A stretch of DNA of 64,000 nt. It comes from Scyliorhinus canicula (Eukaryota). A program made the translations under genes and the position numbers. Positions 34,835 through 47,910 of the stretch are shown here, in pieces. Position 1 is the first letter of the stretch; every line of letters begins with the position of its first letter. The notes under the pieces are model-generated. The model did not search any database, was not told the DNA's origin, and saw nothing but the letters and a program-made list of their open reading frames with translations. The stretch spans positions 94,304,301 to 94,368,300 of the forward strand of contig NC_052153.1 of assembly GCF_902713615.1 (NCBI RefSeq), given 5' to 3'.

Positions 34835-35170
34835 TCATATAGTACCTGCCAGTACCTCAATGTCCCAAATTGCTTTACAGTTAGTGAAATACTTTTGAAG
34901 TGTAGTCACTGATGTAATGTGAGGAACTCCACTGCAAATTTGTGAAAAGCAAGGTCTTGCATGCACCAATGCAACAAAGATCAGACTACTTGTTTTAGTG
35001 ATGAGAGTTGAGGTTTGAGTAAACTTACCTGCTCCTCTTCGAAGTAGTGCCACAAGATCTTTTCCATCCACATGAGAGCCAACGGAGCTTCACTTTAATA
35101 TGCTATCTGTGCAGCACTTGATACTGTAATTGAAGGCCTGCCTTTATTTTGCACTCTAGTCTCTGAAATG
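34835..35170 (-). mobile_element. Old SacSINE1/Deu-domain-like SINE
   Basis: Colinear with 38305-38675. Confidence 0.55.
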
Positions 35171-35909
35171 GAATTTGAACTTGCAATCTTCTAGGCTGAG
35201 GCTTGATAGGGTATGCACTGAAAGGTTGATCCAATGGATGGGGAATCTAGAACATGGACACAGTTTCAGGATAAGGGGACACTTTAGGACCAAGATGATT
35301 TGCCATGATTGTATTGAAGGGCAGAACTGGCTGGACGGTCCACTTCTTTTCCTGTGTTCTTCTAAATCAAAGGTGAGAGTGCTACTAATCCACTGTTGAT
35401 GCAGCACCCCATTAAAAAAAACGATCCAATGAATTCATAGCTCTGTAATTTGCTTCAAATTTAGAGAGACTTAATCTGTGGCTGTAGGTTTAATAAATCT
35501 CAGGAAAGCAGCTCCAGGCAGTGATCAACTTTTAAAGTATCATTAGTATTAAAAGCAAAGGACTCATTTCTAGATTTTTTTTTTACAGTGATTAGTTGAG
35601 GTTATCTTTTTCAAATTATACTGTTTACCTTTTTTTAAATTTGGTGGTTCTGAGATAAAAATTGTTCACTTTGACTCATTTGGAGGCTATATGTATGTTT
35701 TATGTTATTTCATTTATTTGTCTATATTTTCTTGTTTTCTTTCCTTCTATTGTACCCGTACTGTACTGTACAGTATTCAAAATTTGAAGAGCACAGACTA
35801 TCCAGAAACATTGCATTGGTGTCCTTCATAGGATTTACAAATGTGGTACTTCAGTAAGCATATTTTTGGGTGCTGTTCTTGTGTCCAGTCATTAAAAGAC
35901 ACATCCCTT

Positions 35910-36002
35910 GCTTTGACAGAGTAATCCAGACTCAATTTAGCTCCGTTCTCTCCACAGATGCTGTCAGATCTGCTGAGATTGTGCAACATTTTCTGTTTTT
36001 GA
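35910..36002 (+). mobile_element. Penelope pLTR fragment
   Basis: CTCTCCACAGATGCTG.CAGA.CTGCTGAGAT shared with the 58460-58510 end. Confidence 0.6.
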
Positions 36003-36351
36003 TTTTTTTTTAAAACACAATCTGTTTTAAGCATTTTGAATAAATTCCTGCTGCTTTTCTGGCAAATTATAATTATTTTAGTTAAATAGTATTCTCAAAT
36101 GTTGCTAGCAGTCCTTTGGTCTATTACGCAAGCTTTATTGGCAATTTAATTTTTTTGGGTAAAGATAATTGGCATTAATATCAATGTAATATGATTGCTG
36201 TAAATTTTATAGATATTTGAATGATGGACTCCCACACTTTGGTATAGGTTTCTAGGCTATAAGATGAAATATTGCAGGATATGTTTGTCAAAATGTGTTC
36301 CATTGTTCACAATTTTCCCTGCTCATTTTTCAATGCAACTTCACTTTCCAG

Positions 36352-36556
36352 GATTTATGCTCATGAGAGGGTAACTCGTTCAGAAAAGCAATTCCACTCC
36401 CTCCCAGCAGCTCATCGGAAGCTGCTTCCTAATTTCCTTCCTCACGTGAACAAATTAAGGGAGTGTGTTGAACATAACTACGAGATCCTGAAAGCAATTA
36501 TTAATAACTGCAATCACATGTTTGAAAATAAGGAATATGGAGTTATAGATATGGAG
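36352..36556 (+). CDS. CARNMT1: CARNMT1 exon 2 (205 bp)
   Basis: ccag|G ATT..GAG|gtaagt encodes [32 protein letters not shown]. Confidence 0.95.
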
Positions 36557-37404
36557 GTAAGTGAAACACAAACATGGAATAATTTTGAAAACTCAGCTGC
36601 ATGCAGCATTGGCTCAATTTGCATCTGCTTTGAATTCATACCAACTATCTAGTAGCTTATATATACATGCAAATAAATTTTCTGTATTGTACTTAACTTG
36701 GATTTTACTTAAAGGGATTTATTTTCCTGTACTTGTTAGCATAATTGTACAATATTCACAGTTTGTTCTATGAAGGGCAGTTCATACCTGGGAGTGTGCA
36801 AGTCGATGACCTTAAATCAAATATTTTATTGTCATCTAGACTAAAAGTTGATAACAGTCTATTAAGTCAAATACGATGTAGACAGTATTTATCTTTCAAG
36901 CATTAATGGTTGCGATATCACTTTAATAAATTGTGATCCCCAATGGATAATATTGTAATACCGTAGTGTGTATGGTATTGAGCATAAAAGTTGTCACTCC
37001 AAGGCCCTCAAAGTTAGCTTGTTTCAACCTGTATAGCATATCAAATGCTGCAGTTATCTTCAGTGTCCCTGCGTGACGAGGTGAAAAATTGGCCAAAGCT
37101 TCCACTTCAGATTGGTATCTCATGGCTTTTCCTGGAAAATGATCTTGGATAGTGTGAGGAAGACTAAGCACTACTCACTGCGTGATAAAATGTATCTTAG
37201 ATGAAGTATAGAGTTTCACTGTAGCATTGCAAATTCAGAAGGATGCCATCTTCCTTCCACTCCCACTCCTTCACTGCAAAGTGCAGCATTTCCATGCTGC
37301 GTACAATTTACTTCAAATGACCAAATGAAAATGACATCCAAGGCATTTTGTGTTGTGGACTTGGACTGCTGTGTGCTGGATTAAAATTGTTCAATCATTC
37401 TCAC

Positions 37405-37692
37405 GGGAGCACAGTAGTTCCACTGTTACTTCATAGCGGCAGGGTCCCAGGTTCAATTCCGACTTGGGTCAATGTGCAGAGTCTGCACGTTCTCCCTGTG
37501 TCTGCGTGGGTTTCCTCGGGGTGCTCTGGTTTCCTCCCACAAGTCCCGAAAGACGTGCTGTTAGGTAATTTGGACATTCTGAATTCTTCCTCTGTGTACT
37601 GAACAGGTGCTGGAATGTGGCAACTAGAGGCTTTTCACAGTAACTACATTGCAGTGTTAATGTAAGCCTACTAGTGAAAATAAAGATTATTT
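37405..37692 (+). mobile_element. HE1-head SINE with third tail type (..CACAGTAAC.ACATTGCAGTGTTAATGTAAGCCTAC..AATAAAGATTATT)
   Basis: Same head and core as the other SINEs but a different 3' half; also at 56110, 57527 and 60367. Confidence 0.85.
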
Positions 37693-37941
37693 TCTTTTAA
37701 ATTAAATTACTTGGGATACTCTGGCAGGTGAGACCTCGCTACATTCTTTATGGAGATGACACGTGGTGGTTGGGATAATAGTTATATTTTGTGTGACATT
37801 CAGAAAGCATTTGACTAGATGTAGCCAGTTGCGATTAGAGACGATTGAGGGGTATGGAATTAGTGGGCGAACATCAAGTTGGATTAAAAGTTAGTTAAAA
37901 GGCAGTAAATAGAGTAGGATCTGGGAGCAACTCCCCAAAGT

Positions 37942-38287
37942 AGGGTAGCATTGTGGATAGCACAACCGCTTCACAGCTCCAGGGTCCCAGGTTCGATTCC
38001 GGCTTGGGTCACTGTCTGTGCGGAGTCTGCACAACCTCCCCGTGTGTGCGTGGGTTTCCTCCGGGTGCTCCGGTTTCCTCCCACAGTCCAAAGATGTGCA
38101 AGTTAGGTGGATTGGCCCTGGATAAATTGTCCTTAGTGTCCAAAATTGCCCTTAGTGTTGGGTGGGGTTACGGGGATAGGGTGGCGGTGTTAACCTTGGG
38201 TAGGGTGCTCTTTCCAAGAGCCGGTGCAGACTCGATGGGCCGAATGGCCTCCTTCTGCACTGTAAATTCTATTTAAAAAAAAAAAAA
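37942..38287 (+). mobile_element. HE1-like SINE with CR1-type tail plus A-run
   Basis: Close to the 22798 copy. Confidence 0.9.
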
Positions 38288-38304
38288 GTGGTTGGAGTAA
38301 AAAG

Positions 38305-38675
38305 AAAGAAGGACTTGCATTTCTGTAATCCTTCCAGGACCATCAGACAGTCAAAGTGCTTTACAGAAGTACTTTTTAAAAAATGTAGTCACTGTTGTAA
38401 TGTAGGCAATGTGATGTTGATTAAGGGGTAAATATTGGCCAGGGTGCCGGGATGACTCTCGTGCTCTTCTTCGAATTAGTGACATGGGATCTTTTACGTC
38501 AACTGGGGCCTTAGTTCAAAGCCTCATCTAAAAGATGACATCTCCCTGACAGTGCAACACTTTAAGTATTTCACTGGAATGTTTGCATAGATTTTGTGCT
38601 TAAGCCCTGGAATGGAACGTGAACCCACAGCCTTGTGAATCAGAGGTGAGAATGCTACCAACTGAATCACAGCTG
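38305..38675 (-). mobile_element. SacSINE1/Deu-domain-like SINE
   Basis: Best-preserved copy, with a tRNA-like head on the minus strand (..GTGGGTTCAC..). Confidence 0.6.
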
Positions 38676-39223
38676 ATACTCAAGTAAGTAATGGTGTCTT
38701 ACAGGGTTCTAATACCACTCACTATGTACATATGTTTTGAATGGAAGACAGCTGGATGATGTGGATAACAGTGGGGTTTTGGTTTTCAGATTCACAAGAC
38801 TCTAAAAGCAACACCTTTGGCATATGAGATCAATTTTTAAAAAGCTATTTAAATACTGACAAAAGGCATAGAATATAAAAGTTGAGGGTTGTGAGGTTGT
38901 GGAATGCACCGTTGGGGTTAGTGATTGAAGCAAAGAACACGGCAGCATTTAAGAATATGTTCATTGTGTAGTTGAAGGAAAGTGGAATAAAAATATATAG
39001 AATGGGTCCAGGCATTTGGAATTACAGGGTACTGCTGGTGTGGAAGGTACACGCCAGTATTGAATGGTTGGTGTAAATGGCCTATGTTTGTGTTGTTTGT
39101 ATGTAATTCATGCAATGAACTGGAAAATACGAACATTTAGGAGAGTTAAATCTAAAATTTTCCCACCAAATTTTGGAGTTCATTTAGTAATAAGTGATTA
39201 TTTTTTGATTATAACATGTACAG

Positions 39224-39390
39224 GCTGACCCGGGACGATTAAAACCAGCATCCACCTTTGACATGGACAAACTGAAGTCCACCATTAAACAATTTGTAAG
39301 GGATTGGAGTGATGATGGCAAGGCTGAACGGGATGCTTGTTATCGACCAATCATTGAAGAAATCGTAAAACATTTCCCTCAGGAGAAATG
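39224..39390 (+). CDS. CARNMT1: CARNMT1 exon 3 (167 bp)
   Basis: acag|GCT..AAA TG|gtacgg encodes ..[37 protein letters not shown]. Confidence 0.96.
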
Positions 39391-39869
39391 GTACGGTATT
39401 GGTTCCAAAAAATGACATGTTTAGAACCCTGAATGAGAGATCAATTAAAATAATTTAATGCATCTATTAGCCTTTTTCATTTGAGCCCAATTTTCAGTTT
39501 AAGAGTTTAGCAGATTAGATTGAATGCATAGCCAGTGATTTGTACTGAGTTAGCTAATCTCAGTTATGACAACTGTGGGCCATCATAGCTGATCTCTGTT
39601 CCTGGTTAGAAGGAAAATAGCATTCAAAGATCTTGGTCACATTCCAGTGTTTTCTGTTGTAAAGCAGATTTGCGCAGAAATTGGTTGAGTTTTGTCAGCG
39701 TGGCCAAATAATTTGCCAACATTTGTTACCAGTACTTCCCACAGAACACATGCCACCTGGGGAGATACTTCCATGATGTTGTTTACCTTTCCTCAGCATA
39801 AATCATAATTTTCAGAAGTGAGAAGAAAATTGAAACATTAAACACTCCAAAATACATACTTGCAATAAT

Positions 39870-40412
39870 AAAATGGCCAAACAATGCGTAGTTAACCAGG
39901 AGCCAATGTTGGTGAACCAGCACATGGGGTGTGGATGAATGGAATTTAGTGCGAGTTAGTACACAGGTAGTTGAGTTTTGGACAACTTCAAGTTCATGAA
40001 TGCACAAGTCTGGCAAGAGTGTGTTAGAATAGTCAAATCTGGAGGTAACAAAGGCATGGATGAGGATTCAGCAGCGCAAGAGCTGATGGAAGGGCGAAGA
40101 TGGGTCCTTGTAACCAGGTGGAAAAAGGCATTTTTAGCACCCTGTCAGGATATATGGTTAAAAGCTGATCTCATGGTCAAATATGACAAAAGGTTGCGAA
40201 CAGCCTGGCTTAGCCTCAAACATTTGCCACGGAGAAGAATGGAGCCAGGGGGAAGGGAACAGAATTTGTGGCCGGTGCCAAAGCCAGTGGCTTCAATCCT
40301 CGCAATATTCAATTGAAGTAAATTTCTGCTCACCCAGTAACAAGCAGTTCTGAGACAATGGAGGAGCAGGCAGAGGTGGTAGCAAGGCAGAGCTAGGTGT
40401 CATCAGCATACA
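39870..40412 (-). mobile_element. Decayed L2-like LINE fragment
   Basis: Minus-strand YADD (gtcatcagcata), LQLNI..TE and L..VQNS..VL remnants. Confidence 0.6.
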
Positions 40413-40417
40413 AGAGG

Positions 40418-40853
40418 AGAACAAAGAACAAAGAAAAGTACAGCACAGGAACAGGCCCTTCGGCCCGCCAAGCCTGCGATGACTATGCTGCCCATTTAAA
40501 CTTAAAATCTTCTACACTTACGGGTCCGTATCCCTCTATTCCCATCCTATTCACGTATTTGTCAAGATGCCCCTTAAACATCACTATCGTCACTGCTTCC
40601 ACCACCTCCTCCGGCCGCGAGTTCCAGGCACCCACTACCCTCTGTAAAAAAAAAAAAAAATGTTCCTCTAAATCTTGCCCCTCGCACCTTAAACCTATGC
40701 CCCTTAGTAATTGACCCCTCTACCCTGGGAAAAAGTCTCTGCCTATCCACTCTGTCTATGCCCCTCATAATTTTGGAGACCTCTATCAGGTCACCCCTCA
40801 ACCTCCTTTGTTCCACTGAGAACAAACCAAGTTTATTCAACCTCTCATAGCTA
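40418..40853 (-). mobile_element. CR1 3' fragment
   Basis: [22 protein letters not shown]; tail. Confidence 0.9.
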
Positions 40854-42475
40854 AAAGACTTATGGTGTGTTCATGGATAATGTCAGGAGGGGCAATATGC
40901 AGATTAGAATTAGGAGGAGTCAGGTGATGTGAGCATGGGAGCTGATGTGTTTTCTCGAGCTCTCGCTCAATTCTTTTAATCCTTTATTTTATCCTAATGC
41001 ACATTTTTGGAATATATGTTTTCTGCTGTGTCCCTGCATGATCCTGGTCAGAGTTTGGTGGTGAAGAGCCGAGTTGAATCAGAAAGAATCCTTCTTTGAT
41101 TAGGGCGGTCGGAGATGGCTGGAGTGGGGTCCAGCTTGCAGTGGCGGTTTTGCTGGTGAGCGGACATGTGCCTTGGCGATGCTGTATGCATCGGGATGAT
41201 GACCGCCATTGCAAATTATGATCTTGGCTCAGTGGTGCAGGTTTGTGTTGCTCACTTTGAACTGCAAAGTATCCTTGAGAGAAGGTTCGACAGAGTACAT
41301 TGTATCTGGTCTTCGGGCTTGATTGGGGGCCTTAATCATTCGTCTTGGACTGTCCTGTCTGTGATACTTGTTGTGAGGAGTTGGAGGTGGGTTACAAACA
41401 GACTTTTAAATGATTTAACAAGGCAAAGCGAAGCTGGTTATTCAGCCTGGAGGAAATCTGAGGTTTAATAATATGCTATGTTAGCAAAATCTGTGTTAAT
41501 CATTACAGTGGCAACAACGTTAAACTAGGTTCGGCTTGTGGTAAGCACTACAGAGTGTGCACACTGGCTATAATTGATCCTGGCGATTCTGACATCATCA
41601 GGAACATGCCAGAGTAAATCAGTGAGAAATAAACCAAACAACGACTGAAATATTTTCCAAATTAAATTATATTAAAAAGACAAAAAAAAATCTTTCCAAC
41701 AGTTAATTCTGTTTGAATCTGATAAATTTCATATAATAGATTACTAAAACAGCCAATAATAACATATAAAAGCATTGTGTCCGTTTTGAAGCCAAATGTA
41801 CTCTTTGGAACATAACCATGTAATGATAGATTCAAAAATAGTGGGGCACTCAAAATGCAGTTGGATGCTAGGCTTAGGTGAGTTAAGAACGAGAATGCAA
41901 AGCTTTGAAAAGTGAGTAACCTTTTCATGTTTACTTTTTCTTAACTGTCCTGACTCGAGTAAGTTTTAAAAAGTTACTGATTTTACAGTGTTCAAGTGCT
42001 TTTCCTTTGCACACATATCATATAACTGTATAATCGCACTTGTTTTCTCCCCTCAGAAGCTTCCCTCCCTCATCAGACCCCATATTTTCTGTGGTTAAAA
42101 AACCTGGGCAACCTGGTGTCAGTCTGTTCCTAATGGGTTTTCCCCATCTAATGCCAATAAGCATGTAAATTGTCATAGGAGATTCCCTATCTAATGTGTA
42201 TTACTCTCCACATTGAACGTGTTGGCCTCAACTGTGTTTTTAATGTGTCACACCTGAGATTTTGCCTCAGTTTGTTTGGAATACAGATCTGCATTCTCTA
42301 CTCCATAGTGACATGTTCATGTAGCCCAGTGTGTATCATTACTATGCAGCTCCACCTGGAGAAACAGTGTTAACAAGATTTGACTCAATATTTCTTCAGA
42401 AACTTGTGCATCATTAGTTATTTTCAATTTCCAAACTTCTGACTAAAATGTTGTGGCAAATGAGCAAACTATCAC

Positions 42476-44865
42476 TTTTTTAAAAAATAATTTTTATTCC
42501 AATTTTCAACACGTTTTAACCAACAAAAACAGAAGAAAAAGAGAAGTAACAGTAACCCCCCCCCCCAACACAGAAACAATAAATTAACAAAAATAATTAA
42601 CATGAGAACAAATACACATATCCAATAAAGGAAAAAAAACAAACACGCCCATTCCCCTCCCCCGGGTTGCTGCTGAAATTGACCACCCCCTAATGCTCCG
42701 CCAGGAAGTCTAGAAACAGTTGCCACCGCCGGAAGAACCCTTGCACCGCCCCCCCTTAGGGCAAACTTGACCCCCCTCCAGTTTGATAAACCCAGCCATA
42801 TCATTGACCCAGGATTCCACGCCCAGGGGCCTCGCATTCTTCCACTGCAAAATAATCCTGTGCCGGGCTACCAGGGACGCAAAGGCCAGAATACCGGCCT
42901 CTTCCGCCTCCTGCACTCCCGGCTCCGCTGCTACCCCAAATATTGCGAGCCCCCAGCCCGGCTCAACCCTGGAACCAACCGCCCTTGACAGCGTCTCCGC
43001 GACGCCCCTCCAAAAGCCCTCCAGCGCAGGGCACGCCCAAAACATGTGGGTGTGGTTTGCTGGGCTCCCAGAACACCTGACACATCTGTCCTCTCTCACA
43101 ATGAACCGGTTCAGCCTTGCCCCTGTCATGTGCGCCCTATGCAGCACCTTTAATTGAATTAAACTAAGCCTCGCGCAGGAGGAGGAGGAATTCACCCTCC
43201 CCAGGGCATCCGCGCACGTCCCCTCGTCGATCTCCTGTCCCAGCTCCTCCTCCCACTTGCCTATCAGCTCTTCCACCGAGGCCTCCTCCCCCTCCTGCAT
43301 CACTTGGTAGATTGCCGAAATCCTCCTCTCATCAACCCACGTCCCCGAGAGCACCCTGTCCTGAACGCCCCTTGGCGGCAACAGTGGAAACTCCGCCACC
43401 TGCTGCCTGACAAACGCCCTTACCTGCATGTATCTGAAGGTGTTCCCTAAGGGAAGGCCCAACCTTCCCTCCAACTCCTCTAGGGTCGCAAACTTCCCAT
43501 CAGGAAAAAGGACCCCCATCCCCCTGATACCTGCCCTGTGCCAGCTCAGAAACCCTCCGTCCATTCTCCCTAGTACAAACCGATGGTTCCCCCGTATCGG
43601 GGTCCAGACTGAAGCCTTCACCTCCCCACTATGCCGCCTCCACTGCCCCCAAATTCTGAGGGTAGGGGTCTTCTGCGCCCACACAAACCCCATAATACTC
43701 CTATTGACCCGCCTGAAGAAAGCCTTAGGAATCATGATAGGAAGGCACTGGAAGAGGAACAAAAACCTCGGGAGCACCGTCATTTTGACAGACTGGACCC
43801 TGCCCGCTAGGGAGAGTGGCAACACATCCCTCCTCCTCCATCTGCTCCACCAGCTTCGTAAAGTTGAGCCTGTGCAGGGCCCCCCAGCTCCTGGCTATCT
43901 GGACCCCCAGGTACCTAAAACTCCTCCTCGCCCTTTTCAGCGGTCCTGGTCCCCCGGATGTACTACGAACAGCTCACTCTTTCCCACGTTGAGCTTATAC
44001 CCGGAGAAGTCCCCGAACTCCCTGAGAATCCTCATCACCTCCGGCATCTCCCCCCACCCCCCACCGTGTCCGCCACATACAACAATAGATCATCCGCATG
44101 TAACAAAAGCCGATGCTCTTTCTCCCCCCCCCCCCCCCCCCCCCCGCCCCCCTTCACTATCCCCCTCCAGTTCCTCGACTCCCTCAGCGCCATGGCCAGG
44201 GGTTCGATCGCCTGCGCAAACAGCAGGGGAGACAGGGGGCACCCCTGCCTCGTCCCCCGGTACAGTCGAAAATTCTCCGACCTCCTCCCATTCGTAACCA
44301 CACTCGCCACCGGGGCTTCATACAGCAGCCTCGCCCACCTAATAAATCCCTCTCCAAACCCGAACCTTTTCAACACCTCCCAAAGGTATCCCCACTCCAC
44401 CCTATCAAAGGCCTTCTCCGCATCCATCGCCGCCACTATCTCTGTCTCCCTATCCACCGCCGGCATCATTCTGACATTCAGAAGCCTCCGTACATTAACA
44501 TTCAACTGCCTCCCCTTCACAAAACCCCTTTGATCCTCATGTATGACCTGCGGCACTGCGTCCTCCACCCTCCTGGCCAATACCTTTGATAGCAGTTTCG
44601 CATCCACATTCAGGAGCGAAATCGGTCTATATGACCCGCACTGAAGGGGATCCTTATCCCGCTTCAGGATCATTGAGATCAGTGCCCTAGACATCGTCGG
44701 GGGCAAAGCCCCCCCCTCCCTTGCCTCATTAAAGGTCCTAACTAGCAGCGGGCCCAGCAGGTCTGAAAACGTCTTGTAGAATTCAACCTGGAACCCATCG
44801 GGCCCCGGTGCCTTCCCTGTCTGCATGCTCCCCATCACGTTAACCAGCTCCTCCAGCCCAATTGG
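42476..44865 (-). mobile_element. L1/Tx1-like LINE, 5'-truncated, RT to poly(A), with internal deletions
   Basis: KAPGPDG, YRPISLLN, DAEKAFD, RQGCPLSP, HADD and C..C..H.FW.C motifs; AATAAA and poly(A) at the left end. Confidence 0.93.
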
Positions 44866-44911
44866 TGGCAAACTATCACTCTTGTACATATAATTTTATA
44901 TATTGATTAGG

Positions 44912-45342
44912 ATCTACACCTCCCGCTGCTCCATCTACACCTCCCGCTGCCGGGGGAAAGCAGGCAGCATAATCAAGGATCCCTCCCACCCGGCTTACTC
45001 ACTTTTCCAACTTCTTCCATCGGGCAGGAGATTCAGAAGTCTGAGAACACGGACGAACAGACTCAAAAACAGCTTCTTCCCCACTGTCACCAGACTCCTA
45101 AATGACCCTTTTATGAACTGTCCTCATTAACACTACACCCTGTCTGCTTCATCCAATGCCACTGCTTGTGTAGTTACATTGTATATCTTGTGTTGCCCTA
45201 TTATGTATTCTCATGTATTTTCTTGAATTCTGTTCAATTCCCTTTTCTTCCCATGTACTGAATGATCTGTTGAGCTGCTTGCAGAAAAATACTTTTCACT
45301 GTACCTCGGTACACGTGACAATAAACAAATCCAATCCAATCC
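44912..45342 (+). mobile_element. Rex1/Babar-type LINE 3' fragment
   Basis: IIKDPSHPAYSLFQLLPSGRRFRSLRTRTNRLKNSFFP; (CCAAT)n end; 18-bp duplication at the 5' junction. Confidence 0.8.
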
Positions 45343-45567
45343 AGGAGCGTCACAGTGGCCCGGTGGTTAGCCCTGCTGCCTCATGCGAGGACCCAGGTTC
45401 GATCCCGGCTCAGGGTCACTGTCCGTGTGGAGTTTGCACATTCTCCCGTGTCTGTGTGGGTCTCTTCCCCCAAAAACCCAAAGATGTGCAGAGTAGGTAA
45501 ATTGGACATGCTATGTTGTCCCTTAGTTGGAAAAAAAATTGGCTACTGTAAAAAAAAAAAAAAAAAA
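45343..45567 (+). mobile_element. HE1-like SINE, poly(A) tail
   Basis: Head, core and A-run. Confidence 0.85.
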
Positions 45568-46294
45568 ATTTTAAACTAATTTGTTGAATGATATCAAAAA
45601 TAAATAGGAACGTAGAAAATAATTTATGGCACAAACGGAATCATGTCTTTCCAGTCCAAAAAATACCTTTGCATCCTAATCCCACCATCCTGCTCTTGAT
45701 GCATAGCTCTCTCTATGTTTGACTTTGTTAGAAGCCTTGCTAAAATTCCTATAGATTGCATTAAATGAGCTATCCACCTCAATCCTCCTTTCCAAAAATG
45801 TAATCCAGTTTGTCAGATGTGACATTCTTGTACCAAATAAATGCTATCTATCCTTAACTAATCCGTGCTTTTCTAAATAGTGATTTATATTGCCACTCAA
45901 AGTTTTTTTTCCAATAATTTGCCCACCTCTGAGGTTAAGCTGATTTTCCTATTATTACTCGGGTTATCCCTTCCTTTTCAAACAGTGGTACAACATAAGC
46001 AGCTCTCATGTTCTCCGGCACCATACCTGTGCCCAGAGAGGATTGGAAAATGATGCTCAGAGACTCCATTATTTCTTACCCTGCTTTTCTTAGCAGCATG
46101 TGATACATTTCATCCAGACCTGTTGATTTATCCACTTTTAAGGGTGCTAAACATCTTAATATTTCCTTCATTGTGTTCATGTATTTAACTTATCCAATAT
46201 TTCACACTGCTCCTCCTTACTTGCGTCCACTTTGAAAACAAATGCAAAGCATCCATTAAGGATCAAGTCAAAGTCTTCCACTGTCATACACATT

Positions 46295-46521
46295 ATTGGC
46301 TTGGATTGGATTTGTTTATTGTCACGTGTACCGAGGTACAGTGAAAAGTATTTTTCTGCAAGCAGCTCAACAGATCATTCAGTACATGGGAAGAAAAGGG
46401 AATTAAACAAAATTCAAGCTTTAGAATTAATTTTTAAAAGATTAGAACGAGTATAAGTTAAGTAAAAAGTGGATCTGTTGGGGAGAGCTTGCAGAGAGTC
46501 GCTTCGCTCCGGCGCCATCTT
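46295..46521 (-). mobile_element. Short Rex1-derived element (tail joined to AAGATGGCGCC 5' segment)
   Basis: 46298-46418 is the reverse complement of ~45223-45342; the minus strand starts AAGATGGCGCCGGAGC. Confidence 0.65.
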
Positions 46522-46888
46522 TGTGCCATCATGTCTCCAAGTGGCCCTACTCTTTTCTTATTTATCCTCATCCTTTTTGTGTATTTATAAAACATCTTTG
46601 AGTTTTCCTTGATTCTACTTTCCAATATTTTTTGTGCTCTCTTCTTGCTTTCCTAATTTCCTTTTTAATTTCACACCTGCACTTTCTTTGCGACAGAAAG
46701 CCTAAAAGAGGACTGTTGAGCTTTTGACATCTGATGTGCTCTGAATGCTCATTAGCATCTGTGGTCCTTAAATGGAATGAAGACTAAAAATTAGCCTCTC
46801 ATTTACACATGGGTAGTCAGAAATAGCTTCTTGTTCAGATTGAGCCATGTGGACCAATTATAAGCCACGTTATTAGAATTAGAAACAT

Positions 46889-47114
46889 GGGGCAGCACGG
46901 TGGCCTAGTGGTTAGCACAACCGCCTCACGGCGCTGAGGTCCCAGGTTCGATCCCGGCTCTGGGTCACTGTCCGTGTGGAGTTTGCACATTCTCCCCGTG
47001 TCTGCGTGGGTTTCGCCCCCACAACCCAAAAATGTGCAGAGTAGGTGGATTGGCCACGCTAAATTGCCCCTTAATTGGAAAAAATAATTGGCTAATCTAA
47101 ATTTAAAAAAAAAA
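46889..47114 (+). mobile_element. Young full-length poly(A)-tailed HE1-like SINE with 14-bp TSD
   Basis: AGAATTAGAAAC(A/G)T at 46875-46888 and 47115-47128; CpGs intact. Confidence 0.93.
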
Positions 47115-47128
47115 AGAATTAGAAACGT

Positions 47129-47910
47129 AAAAATAGGAGTAGGCTATTCGGCCCTTCATGCCTGCTCTGCCATTCAATATTATCATGGCTGATCCTCTAT
47201 CTCAACGCTTTGCTCCCCACACTCTTCATACCCTTGCCACCTTTAGATTCTCGAAATCTATCTATTTAATTCTTAAATATATTCAGTGATTTGTCCTCCA
47301 CAGCCTTTGGTAGAGAATTCCACAGGTTCACCACCTGCTGAGTGAAGCGGTTTCTCCTTATGTCAGTCCTAAAAGGCCTACCACATATCCTAAAACTATG
47401 ACACCTTGTTCTGGACCCCCAGGCCTGAGGAAATAAAATCCCTGCATCCAGTCGGTCCAACCTTGTCAAAATTTTATATGTTTCAATTAGATAATTTCTC
47501 ATTCTCCTAAATTCCAGTGAATACAGGTCCAGTCGATCCAACCTCTCGTCATTCAACAATTCTGCCATCCCAAGAAGCAGTTTGCTGAATTTTCGCTGCA
47601 CTGTCTCGATGGCAAATATACCCTTTCTTATATAAGAAGACCAAATCTGCGCACACTGCTCCAGGTGTGGTCTCACCAAGGCCCTCTACTACTGTAGTAA
47701 GACATTGTTGCTCCTTCTACTCAAGTCTTGTAATGATGGCCAGGTGTGGCCTCACCAAAGCCCTGTACAGCTGCAGTAAGACATCCTTGCTCCTTCTACT
47801 CAAGTCTTCGTCTAATGATGGCCAGGTGTGATCTCGCCAAGGCCCAGTACAGCTGCAGTAAGACATCCTTGCTCAATGTACTCAAGTCCCCTTGTAATGA
47901 GGCCAACATA
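47129..47910 (-). mobile_element. CR1 3' fragment with triplicated ~80-bp segment
   Basis: VRPHLEQCAQIWS..RRMR..LIET ORF; CCAGGTGTG..CTCAAGTC unit at 47661, 47740 and 47822. Confidence 0.85.

Noticed and set aside
40984-41468. Moderately GC-rich segment with short ORFs
   Set aside because: No motif or termini could be assigned; probably an unclassified repeat fragment.
43428-44589. Long + strand Pro-rich ORFs
   Set aside because: Antisense shadows of the G-rich L1/Tx1 ORF2.
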